Origin: Styela clava
Lineage: Eukaryota
Length of the DNA: 64,000 nucleotides
Direction of reading: 5' to 3'
NCBI RefSeq assembly: GCF_964204865.1
Contig: NC_135263.1
Span: forward strand, 15,438,001 to 15,502,000
Below, piece by piece: positions 13,077 to 25,759 of this stretch (its first letter is position 1; the number at the start of each line of letters is the position of its first letter). The notes under the pieces are model-generated. The model did no database searches. It saw only the letters and a program-made list of their open reading frames with translations, and was not told the origin of the DNA. The translations under genes and the position numbers were made by a program.

Positions 13077-16000
13077 AAATCTTTCAAGAACCACCACTTT
13101 CACTAAGAGCATTCCAAGCACTACTTCACACACATACAATCCACAATCAAATGCAGTGAAGATGTAATGATAATGAAAAGCCATTTCCTAGACGTCTTGA
13201 TATTAATTGATTCCACAGTGATCTTTGACCTGTTTTACATAAACACAATTGGAGGGATTTGATTGACAGTATAAACAAAATAGTTAAACAGTGGTTTTAA
13301 GATAGCAAAGCAATCCCTCACGAATACGAATATATTTTTCAAACCGGAAGTAACTTCCGACAAAGAAACGAGAAAATGATGAACAGGCGTTGCACAGATC
13401 AAATAGTAGGATCATTGCTTCAAAGCAACCGTCTTTTAAAAGCAGCCTTCTTCATATCAGGTTGGTGAAGAGGTATTTGGACTTGGTGATATGCTTTCGA
13501 AAGGTCGTATTTGCTGAAATATTGTAATTCATTTGCCCATTTGAATAATTGGCGATGTGTATTTTATTGTCTGATTGGTAAGGAATTTAGAATCAACGCA
13601 AGTTCGTACCTCATCGCTATCCCTCCTTGGTACAACTGCGATGGGAAATGAATAAAACAGGGTTAGAAGGAACTATATCTCCTGATTTGATAAGTTTTTC
13701 AAGTTGGTCCTGACTTTTTTGGCGTAAGTAGAGCGAAAGTGGTCTGATTTAGAATGCACTGGTTGTCGGTTGCGATCACACGGTGGGTAGTGTTATGTTT
13801 CGTGCTAACAATTGTATGTCGAGGGATTGTCAAATCTTCGAATTCTTCCAACGAATTAGCGTCGTGCTGATGTCTCTGTGAAATGAAATTGGTTGTTATT
13901 GGCCGGCCCAGATAACTTTCAACCATAAATGTAGGTATTGGACATGCGAGTCGTGGTAATGGACTACAAGATTATGCCTTGACAGAAAAGTAGCTTCTTA
14001 TATTGGTTTAGAAACATGTGCTATTCGGAAATTGCAGAAATATTGCTATTGGTGGAACACAATTTACCAAGTGCATGTACCTGCCGGAATAATAATTTTA
14101 AAAATGTAAGTAAAAATTCTTGCTTTGACTTTCATTTTTATCGTGTACATTTATCGCCAAGTTTGTATCATAAATAAGATTTTAAAAGGACTTTTATCCG
14201 AGATATCAGAGAGACGTTTTGAGTAAGAACAATCATAAAACATATAGCTCACGAGACTAAGACAATCCAAAAGCATTTGGATCACGGGCGGTCTTCGGAA
14301 AAACAACTGCGTTACGATAATAAGAAATATACTTAGAATGACGGCAGTCTACGGATTTGGACGACGAGACACCTTAGCCTAGCTATGCAAATTGTAAGAC
14401 ACCTCCGATACATTGACGTAACAACTAATCTGTTATGACGTCATATTAGAGATTTCGAGTTTATGTATTGACATTTCGTTCATAAAATAAAGGACTTAAT
14501 ACGTTTAAAACTGTTCGGTTAATTTAAATCAGCATACTTTGTTTTTGAGGTTAAATGGATGGAGTGTTTCAGAGATATTTAAAGAAACTCATTTATTCGG
14601 CCGTATTTCAATTTTCGCAAGATGGTTTCGTCGCCGCCGCCGCAGGTTGGTTCACGTAATGGCTTATCGGTTGCGTCTTTCTTTGTCAACCACGTTTGTG
14701 GACGCATTGCGCTACAACTTGGGAAGGCGTGTATGGGCAAGTCATCAATATGACCCTAGGTTTGATATTTAAGGCGTTTAGACAAGACTTGCACTCAAGT
14801 GCAATATACCTGTGAAGAACTGTTTTATGTCAATAGGTTTTCACTCTAAATAAAAAATTGTGATTAATATGTCTAAAATGCATGAGTTTTGTTGTGACAA
14901 ATTTGCGAATTGTATGGTGATGTACCATGTCTGGTCCTCGAAGTCCTCGCTAACACCCATAGCAATCGCTAAGTAGCTCATAGATGTGTTATCGTTGTTC
15001 TGTATTTTGTATATATAGATTTTTGAGTTGTCTCTTTGTTGCCCCAGTTTACAGTTTGGTATTTTAACGTCACAGACAAAAAAAAATGTAGGTCTAACTC
15101 AAGCAAAAGTTATGAGACCTCTCCATGGAACCAGATGTACATTCTGATCATTTTTTGTGTATATCAATCAACCAAGCAAAACACGCAAATACATCATAAC
15201 TTCTATATCGTTGAATGATGACATTGTTCAGTTCTGAATTGCTTTGAAAAAAATCTTTCAAATCATCATATTATAACGAAGTAATGAAATTCTGCCAACT
15301 AGGTTTTGTTGAGTTCCAAAAATTAAAAACAATACGAGTTGTTGTTCGGATGAAAAATCTCCAAACGCGGCCTTTTCCTGGGCGTCATTCAGTCTGTATT
15401 GTAAACCTATAGAAAGCATTAACGAAACGCACGACTGCCGAAATGGAGCGAAATCTACTGAACCTGAAAAATCTGAAGGAGCGAGGACCTATTAATAACT
15501 CGATAGCAAATCATTATTTGGAAATGCATTTTTTTGTAATGTAATTGAGGCTGCAAAAATTTTCGCCTTCGTCATTCGTTGCAGGCAATGAGAGGGTGAA
15601 TCAAAATCAGCTAAACCTGGAAAATCTGAAGGAGCAAGAACCTATCAATAACTTCACAGGAAACCACTATTTTTAAAACTGCAAAAATTCTCGCGTTTGT
15701 CTTACGTTACGGGCAATGAGGAGGTGGGTGCATCGCAAATTACCTAAAGTCAATTTTGAAACTTTATTTATATAGTTAAGGATGGTTTTTAAAGTTGAGG
15801 TAAATTGTGTAATGTCGAATAATGAACAATTGTGATTGCCCATATAATACTAATATCACTACACTATAGCCTACTATATATATATATATGTTATTTGCTT
15901 AAATGTCAGGCACTAGTTTGGGATATAAATATTCAAAGCTTATCAATACGCAGATGGTGAAATTTAAAAAAGCCTAATGTAAAATATTTCGACCAAGTGT

Positions 16001-16497
16001 TGTTTTTTGAAATTCGCTGCTGACTAGAACTCACGCTGATAAAAGAGTTTTTTGAGATGTCGTCGCAATTTTATGAGTTATGCTTTCGCATCCAAAAACT
16101 GGGGAGTTGGTTTGTATCTAACAGTTTCAAATAATGAGCATAAATCATGTGAATTTGCGCTAATTATGCAATAAAATAATAAAATAATACAATAATACAA
16201 TAATTAAATATTGCAAAATATTCAAATTTTTTCTATATATATATTCTCATATGTACATACTTCGAATCACCGAGCACATTACTAAAAATCTCAGATTAAA
16301 CAAAACAGAAAAATAAGACAGAAAAGTTTTATATATTGTGTATTCATGTTGAGTGCAGTTTTATATTTCTGAAAAAGTTGACTTCCATTACAGCAATATT
16401 GGATAATAAAAAGATTGATTTGTTGTTTTATTTCTTTTTAAATTATTTTTATATTCATAAGTCTATATAAAATAGAATCATTAGATAGCTCTGCATC

Positions 16498-18523
16498 ATG
16501 TTAACGATAAAAACGCTGGGTCTGCTTTTACTAGTTAGCTGGTCAAATGCATTTGATGATACTCCAGCTTGTGCACAGATTGAAAATTTATTTCAAACAC
16601 TTTGTGCCCGAGACGGGACACATACATCGATCGGAATGGAAACATCTCAGGGTTCTCCGGGGAAGAGAGGACCAGTTGGAGAAAAAGGTGAAATAGGTCG
16701 GCCTGGACCCGTCGGGCCTCCGGCTATTGTGGATTACGAACGCATCGAAACTGAGATAGAAGAGAAGGTTGCGCCAGGTAAGATGATTTTTCAGCTGGCG
16801 GTACAACTGATATACTGAAAATCACGAAAGACACTGTTCCTATTCCTACGGTCGAATATAAAAAGACTCGACCCTTTGAAAATCCGTATTGCTTAACTTG
16901 TTATTATTTTAAAAACTGAACTCATAAAAATACCGTTTGATTTTCGACATTATACACATCTGCAACAGATCCACTTTATGAAATAATTTAGCACAATTAT
17001 ATAACACTTGAAGCAATTTTAATTTTTTCTAGTAAGCTGTTGACTTCATGTTGTTCAAAAATATTTACACCCTTTTTAGTTATCAGTCAATCAGCTGCGA
17101 ACAACACCGCCCTCATCTTGGCGATAGCGAAATTGGAAGAACGAATAAATATTCTAGAAAGCAGAGAAGGTATTCAGAAAAATACAACAGCAATCTTTAA
17201 ACCGGTATATGGCTGCGTCCATGTAGACTTCGGCCAATAAAAAAAGTCCAAACGAAAATTCATCTCCTGCATAATATTTGTAGTAATAAACATCGATTCT
17301 TTGGTACTCCAGTAGTGTGTGTACCAGGTTTGGGTTAGGCATAATTTTATTCCGATTTGCCTTATTTTAGTTCTATTACGACTGTATGTGTTAGCCGAGT
17401 GAATATACCTCCTGCCCATAAGTTTCAGTGCGTTTACACAACTTGATGTAACGTAGGCGAACAAAATTAGTTACCTCCATATTGGTACACATACTTCTTG
17501 GGGGCCGATTTTTTTACATAAGCTTATTCCCGCTTCTTCCTCGCCGACAGTATATAATTCAACAGTTAATTACCACGTGTATTTTCCTATATTATTCAGG
17601 TGCGTGTGAGATAAAGTTCGACGGTAAATGCTACTGGGTAGAGAGTCTCGATCATTTTGTGACAGGCTATGAAAGATGGGTCGCAATATGTGCGGAACGG
17701 AATGGCTCACCAGCGAATATTTATTCGGAAAAACATTACAATGTCATCATGCGATACCTTCGAGCGAAAATATTTGCAAAGAGGGATCTGATTGCCCTAT
17801 GGGTGGGAATGCGAACAAACCCAGATGTAAATAAATTTATACCTTTTCTTCAATTCAAATTGGTAAAAATGTTTTAACAAAGCCCGCATTCCTAACAAAT
17901 TTTAACGTTTCTTGGCATATGTTTATTGAAAATAAAGTGATTGTTTTGTAATTTTGAATTCTTGTTGTTACCGTATGAAAAAAGTCGCCATGCGTGACGG
18001 CTGTCTTTCGTTTTGCTTTTTACGAACTGGTACTATGCGAAAGTCGGAGGTTATTTGATACCGGTACCCACTGTAGACTAGGTACTGAGACTGCTTCGTT
18101 TTAAACTTCGTGTCATTATATATATAAACATCCTCTCTTGTTGTTCCCTGTTAGAGATATATTAAACGAGCGTTTGGAGAATACCAATTTTATAATTTGT
18201 AATTACATTCGTCCAAGATGCCACACGTATACTAAATCAAAATCTTTTGTATTTTCCCTCGTCGCTAATTCTATGTTATGAAACGAAAATAAGCTTGACT
18301 TTGTTGCAAGAAACACTGTTGTTTTTCTTTGCAGACTCTAATCGTTACACTTTCCGACGGAAGTCTAGCTCCATTTATGAAATGGGCTCCTGGATATCCC
18401 TCTAAAGATCCTGCTTATACGCACATGACAATTGCTCAACGAGCTCCATCAAGTTCTGCCAGCATTGGTATTCACAACTATCCACCAACGTCCAGCAGAG
18501 AAGGCGTATTATGTGAATTATAG
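16498..18523 (+). CDS. Collectin-like protein, copy 2 (exons 16498-16777, 17080-17169, 17600-17826, 18335-18523); protein identical to copy 1
   Basis: Offset of 8239 nt from copy 1 with the same splice sites; only a synonymous change was seen in exon 1. Confidence 0.88.
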
Positions 18524-20977
18524 AGCAATAGCAATGCTTCGGATAATTTTCTTGACATGGAAATACTTTGTATTTTCACCTAAATCTAGGAGGCACCACT
18601 TTGAAATGTTATATATATATGAAATATATCCAAATGTATAAAGGTAACAAAGTCTATTTTTAACGGTGTAGAAAACCATCTCACAACAAATAATTCTGTA
18701 TCACACACCAGAACGCGAGTTTAGAATCTTATTGTGTACACCGAATCAATTGACGCTATATTGGAAATATTGAAGTTTGGGTCGACGAGACGTGAGTTGC
18801 GCAAGTCAACCACAAGATCATGCTCTGACAAAAAATCAGCTGTGATCAGTCTCTGACAATAACGAGTAGACTGCGTGGTTGTGTAACATTTTCTTTAATT
18901 AAAACGGCAATGATAAAATTAAAATGCGATGAAACAGTAACTGACTTAATTTAAAGTTGGATTGAGGCAGAAGGTTACTTGTTGCGATTGAGGTGCGTGT
19001 GGTCGCAGAGTTGAAAGTAGAGTGCCAAAAATTTGAAACCAAAAATATCAGAACGTGGCGAGTGAGTCATGTGACTAATCAACGGCTAATGCGACCCTGA
19101 CCTAGATGTCGCTATAAGTTTTTTGTTAATTTTGCAACCGTAAAAGCGGATTCCGCACTTCTGATTTAATCAGTGGATATGCGCAAATACTGCCAACGCG
19201 CGAGAATTACAATGTCTTTGAGCCTGAGTGAAATATTTGAGATTGCTGTACGTCCGTGGGTAACATGACGTCCAATAGTTTCCTAATTTTGCAAAATCGT
19301 TGCTCAAAAACTAAATGTCGTGAATTAAGATGACTCACCTTTTTTTTCTTTTTTCTGCAACTTTACCCTAAGGCGAGTATTCATGTTATGTTCAATGTTT
19401 GCTCAATATATACTCGATATGCTCACTATAATCAAATCTTCACTCAGTCTGCTGTGTGCTACTATGCTGTTACGTTGCCCGTGGTCACCTCACTCTTTTT
19501 TGTAACGGATTTGTTTTACGGACAATAATCTTTTTAATTATATTTATTATTTGACTTGTTTCTATTCTACCTGTATCAAAGTTAGACTTTTATCACGGGT
19601 GTTGCTGCCCGATGTTGGCATCAAGTATATTTTCATTATGGTGAATTGCCTCCTAGGCATATTGGACTGCAATATTTGACCGTATGTTTGATATTTTTAA
19701 TTTTGACAAGACGTGCACATCGAGTGCAATATACATGTAAAAACTTGTTCTATGTCAATATGTCTTCACCGTAAATGAAAAATTGTGATTTTATGTCTAA
19801 AATGCATCAGTTTTGTTATGAAAAATTCAAAAATTGTATGCAGGTGTGCCATGTCTGGTCATCGAAACTTTGCTAACGCCCATAGCAATCGCTAAGTAGC
19901 GTAGATGTTCATCGTTGTTCTGTATTTTGTATACCGTATATGCTCGTTTTTCCGCCCGATCTTGATTAAGGGCCCGTTTGAATAGCCGCCCGATGTAAAA
20001 GCTGATTTTTCAGTGGTAGAGAACAATAGAAAATAAGAAGTGGTCACAACGCTGTTGAATTTTAAGCGCCGGTAGATAACACTCACGCCTTAGGCGTCCA
20101 AGTACATAACAGATAGCATTGATTACGTAACACCATGGTTCTCAAACTAGGCGTCGCGACGCCCAAGTGCGTTGTTTCAATATTGATAGGGCGTCGCAAA
20201 ACTTTTCTTCTTTTGCGGATTTGTACCTGCGGTGCGTAGAAAAAGTAAAAATTTTCGTTATTCTCGTTTAAATCATACTTGAGAACTGGAAATAACAATA
20301 TATTAATTATTGTAACGATCGAAAATAACAAGCGCCCGTGCTTGAATAAGGGCCGGTTTGAATAAGGGCCCGGTTAGTGAGTTGGTTGAAAAAATATGGG
20401 CCCGGGCTATAAAACGAGCAAATACGGGTACATAGATTTTTGAGTTGTCTTTTTGTTGCCCAAGTTTACAGTTTGGTATTTTAACGTCACAGACATAATA
20501 AAAAATGTAGGCCTAACTCAAGCATGAGACCTCTCCAGAAAACCAGACGTACATTCTGATCATTTTTTTTTTTAATTTTCAGTGATCAAAGATTGTTGTT
20601 GTCGCTTAAAAGGCTATCACTGATATTCCATCCAAAATTTCATTGTAATATTTTTCTTTCGTGAGAACACGCTTTTTAATCCGCCAAGCGTAATGACTGT
20701 CTTCCGTTTTGTTTTTACGAACTGTTACTATGCAAAGGCCGGAGGGTTAGATACAGGTACCCACTGTAGACTAGGTATCCAGGTGTGGTAAACTATAGAC
20801 TACTTCGTTTTAGACTTCGTGCCATTATATATTTGAACATCGTTCTCTTGTTGTTCTCTGTTAGAGATATATTAAACGAACGTTTGAAGAATACCAATTA
20901 CATAATTTGCGATTACATTGTAAGAATGTCCAGGATGCCACACGTATACTAAGAAACAATGTTGTTTTTCTTTGCAG

Positions 20978-21316
20978 ACTCCAATCGTTACACTTTCCGA
21001 CGGAAGTCTAGCTCTATTTATGAAATGGGCTCCTGGATATCCCTCTAAAGATCCTGCTTATACGCACATGACAATTGCTCAGCGAGCTCCATCAAGTTCT
21101 GCCAGCATTGGTATTCACAACTTCCCACCAACGTATACCCGAGATGGCGTATTATGTGAATTAAAAAGCAATCACAATGTAACAAAGTCTAATTTCAATA
21201 GTGTAGATAACCAGCTCACAACAATCAAATTTGGGTTCACACACCAGAACGCTTGTTTGGAGTCTTATTGTTTTGCACCAAATGGACCTCGCCACATCAC
21301 ATCAAAGTTTACATAA
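20978..21316 (+). other. Second orphan exon 4 duplicate (within the 8.24-kb duplication)
   Basis: Identical ORF to 12738-13076. Confidence 0.75.
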
Positions 21317-24300
21317 AAATCTTTCAAGAACCACCACTTTCACTAAGAGCATTCCAAGCACTACTTCACACACATACAATCCACAATCAAATGCAGTGAA
21401 GATGTAATGATAATGAAAAGCCATTTCCTAGACGTCTTGATATTAATTGATTCCACAGTGATCTTTGACCTGTTTTACATAAACACAATTGGAGGGATTT
21501 GATTGACAGTATAAACAAAATAGTTAAACAGTGGTTTTAAGATAGCAAAGCAATCCCTCACGAATACGAATATATTTTTCAAACCGGAAGTAACTTCCGA
21601 CAAAGAAACGAGAAAATGATGAACAGGCGTTGCACAGATCAAATAGTAGGATCATTGCTTCAAAGCAACCGTCTTTTAAAAGCAGCCTTCTTCATATCAG
21701 GTTGGTGAAGAGGTATTTGGACTTGGTGATATGCTTTCGAAAGGTCGTATTTGCTGAAATATTGTAATTCATTTGCCCATTTGAATAATTGGCGATGTGT
21801 ATTTTATTGTCTGATTGGTAAGGAATTTAGAATCAACGCAAGTTCGTACCTCATCGCTATCCCTCCTTGGTACAACTGCGATGGGAAATGAATAAAACAG
21901 GGTTAGAAGGAACTATATCTCCTGATTTGATAAGTTTTTCAAGTTGGTCCTGACTTTTTTGGCGTAAGTAGAGCGAAAGTGGTCTGATTTAGAATGCACT
22001 GGTTGTCGGTTGCGATCACACGGTGGGTAGTGTTATGTTTCGTGCTAACAATTGTATGTCGAGGGATTGTCAAATCTTCGAATTCTTCCAACGAATTAGC
22101 GTCGTGCTGATGTCTCTGTGAAATGAAATTGGTTGTTATTGGCCGGCCCAGATAACTTTCAACCATAAATGTAGGTATTGGACATGCGAGTCGTGGTAAT
22201 GGACTACAAGATTATGCTTTGACAGAAAAGTAGCTTCTTATATTGGTTTAGAAACATGTGCTATTCGGAAATTGCAGAAATATTGCTATTGGTGGAACAC
22301 AATTTACCAAGTGCATGTACCTGCCGGAATAATAATTTTAAAAATGTAAGTAAAAATTCTTGCTTTGACTTTCATTTTTATCGTGTACATTTATCGCCAA
22401 GTTTGTATCATAAATAAGATTTTAAAAGGACTTTTATCCGAGATATCAGAGAGACGTTTTGAGTAAGAACAATCATAAAACATATAGCTCACGAGACTAA
22501 GACAATCCAAAAGCATTTGGATCACGGGCGGTCTTCGGAAAAACAATTGCGTTACGATAATAAGAAATATACTTAGAATGACGGCAGTCTACGGATTTGG
22601 ACGACGAGACACCTTAGCCTAGCTATGCAAATTGTAAGACACCTCCGATACATTGACGTAACAACTAATCTGTTATGACGTCATATTAGAGATTTCGAGT
22701 TTATGTATTGACATTTCGTTCATAAAATAAAGGACTTAATACGTTTAAAACTGTTCGGTTAATTTAAATCAACATACTTTGTTTTTGAGGTTAAATGGAT
22801 GGAGTGTTTCAGAGATATTTAAAGAAACTCATTTATTCGGCCGTATTTCAATTTTCGCAAGATGGTTTCGTCGCCGCCGCCGCAGGTTGGTTCACGTAAT
22901 GGCTTATCGGTTGCGTCTTTCTTTGTCAACCACGTTTGTGGACGCATTGCGCTACAACTTGGGAAGGCGTGTATGGGCAAGTCATCAATATTCGTGGCGT
23001 TTCGAAGGGTTTATTGAGAATAATATGCGCTTGACAAGTTTTAACATCAATTTAATACAAAAAAAAATAATACAGACATTTTAAACAAAACAGGCAAAAA
23101 AAACTTGATTTAAAACAAATATTTTAAAACAATTCTTTTTGAACAAACCTATCTGTGTGAAATATTTTAGGTTTTAAGTCCGTAGCCTACGTGACTTTTA
23201 ATAGTATTCGTGGTTTTGCAAAATCGTTCCCCAAATACAAAATGACATGAATTAAGATGAATCATCGTTTTTTTTTGTTCCGCAACTTTACCGCATGGCA
23301 AGCAATCAGGCTTCATTTCACGTTTGCACAATATATATTCGATATGTTCAGAATACCGTGGAAAACTTGTATCAATTATTTAATTATACAAACTAATTGA
23401 ATTTGAAACGTTGAACGCCAGTATCAGTAACTGAGAGAGAACAGTTGATGCGCGGCACATAACAGAGCCATACTAAAGACAAGCATAGACCTCCATGATG
23501 CACAAACACCAATTGTGGTTTGTTGCCTAAAAGGGGTAAAGTTATCTGCGATGATAGAAAAGGAATTTCAAGACGCTGATAAACTGAAATCATAACAATG
23601 CAGCGCGAACATGAGGCTACATAAACGAGGTAATTCATCTGTAAGTGTGCAAGGGCAGGATTCTCCCAATACAAAATGCTTTCAAGGTAGTGGTAGGAAT
23701 TGTTTTGATAGCTGGATTATTATTCTGTGCCTATGCTAGATCTCCAATTACTGCTGTTTCATTCAGTGATGTACAAGAAGTTTGCCAATGTGAATGGGTA
23801 CAAGTTGAAAATAGCTGCAATGTGGGATAAGAATTCCAGATGAACTGATTGAACCTGAATCCATCTCAATAGACGAACATGATCATTTAAACACTGTACT
23901 CACTGATGGATGGGTCGTTAAAATAATACATCTTAGTAGTAAACAAGATCAATCAATTTTCAACTTTAGGATTCGTTATAGACTGTACATAAGAAAGCAA
24001 CCATGTAAGGGACGTCTTCTGGGTAATCAATTGCATGGTTCAATTTTTTGAATTTCATAGGCTTGTTTCAGAATAAAAGCGGTTTAAAATGTGATAAAAC
24101 TGATATTTTATTAGTAGAATAGAATTCATTATAGAATCTGTAAAATAAACACAACAACGAATTATTTCGTCGATGGGAGAAGGTTCGCAATTCTGACGCC
24201 AATTGGAAGCCAATCATATTTGATATTTGTGTTTGAATTCGGTATAGGGGGTTTATCACGGTCATAGGGACACCAGCACAAATAAATATGACTACAATAT

Positions 24301-25243
24301 CCCACGCATGTACATATCAGTGAATTGTTCAGTCACTGGACAAATATTGTCGAGCACGTAAGGAGATCCAACTTCCATGACGCGTTTCTAGCTACTGACG
24401 TTCGGACATGGTGAATCCAACCAGATGCAAGTGGTATGGTTTGTAGTTGGGTGTATGGCTGGTTGTATGGTCTCAATCGTCAGTAGTCATATTGGGCTGC
24501 CGTATTTGACAGTAGAAGACTTGTTCTATTTCCATATGTCTTCTACTTCATTCAAAATAGTGATTATTTTATCTAGAAGTGCATAAGTTTTGTTATGACA
24601 AATTTGAGAAGTGTGCGAAAGTGTGTCATGTCTGGTTATCGAAGACTTAGCTAACACCCATGGAAATCGCTAAGTAGCTCAGATGTTTTCCCCAAGTTTA
24701 CAGTTTAGTGTTTTAACGTCACAGACATAAAAAAAAATGTAGGCCCAATTCAAGCAACAGTTATGAGACGTCTCCAGGAAACCAGACGTGCATTCTAATC
24801 ATTTTTTGAGTTCATCAATCAACTGAACAAAACACACAAATGCATCATAACTTAACGCATGACTGCCGAAACAGAGAAAAAAATCTGAAAGAGTAAAGAC
24901 CTATTAATAAATAACTCGACAGAAAACCGTTATTTGAAACTGTATTTTGTAATGTAATTGGGGTTGCAAAGTTGTCGCGTTTGTTACAAGCAATTAGAAA
25001 GTGCATCGCGAAATTGTTTGAATTGTAGTTGAATTAAATTGTGTAATGTCTAATAAAAACAATTGTGATTGCTCATAGAACATTATTACCACTATACTAA
25101 ATATGTTACTTGCCTAAATGCCAGGCACTAGTTTGAGATATAAATATTCAAAGTTTTATAAATACGCACGTGAATGCAATATAAAAAAAAGCTAAATGTA
25201 AAATCTTTCGACCAAGCGTTGTTCAGTTTGTGCGAAAACTTTA

Positions 25244-25387
<144 letters not shown>

Positions 25388-25759
25388 TCATGTTGTCGCA
25401 ATTTTAAGAGTTCTTTTTTTTGCACTAAGACAGCAGGGGTTGTATGTATTAAACAGTCTCAAATAATGAGCATAAATCATATAACTTTGCGCTATATACA
25501 AAATTAAATTTATTTCATACTTTGAACGACCGATCAAATTGCTAAAAATTATAGATTATACAAAAGAGAAAAATAAGACAAGAAAGTCTTATATATTGTG
25601 TATCCATGCTGAGTGCAGTTTCTTATTTCTGAAAAAGTTGACTCCAACCCAGAAATATTATATAAAAATATTATTTTATTTGTTAGTTGTTTATTTTTTT
25701 AAATTTAATTTTACATACATAAGCTAATAGAAAATAGAATCATTAGATAGCTCTGCATC

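Larger units (their letters stand above)
6512..22990 (+). repeat. Near-identical direct tandem duplication (6512-14750 / 14751-22990)
   Basis: Constant offset of 8239-8240; roughly a dozen differences seen by eye; junction gtcatcaata|tgaccctagg at 14750/14751. Confidence 0.95.

Noticed and set aside
14539-14772. Arg-rich ORF (RWFRRRRRR)
   Set aside because: Derived from a (cgc)n run; its end differs between the duplicates.
23390-24490. Insertion with vague protease/PHD-like words (QNAF..GLLFCAYA, CQCEW)
   Set aside because: Fragmented and too weak to assign by eye; probably TE debris; needs blastx.
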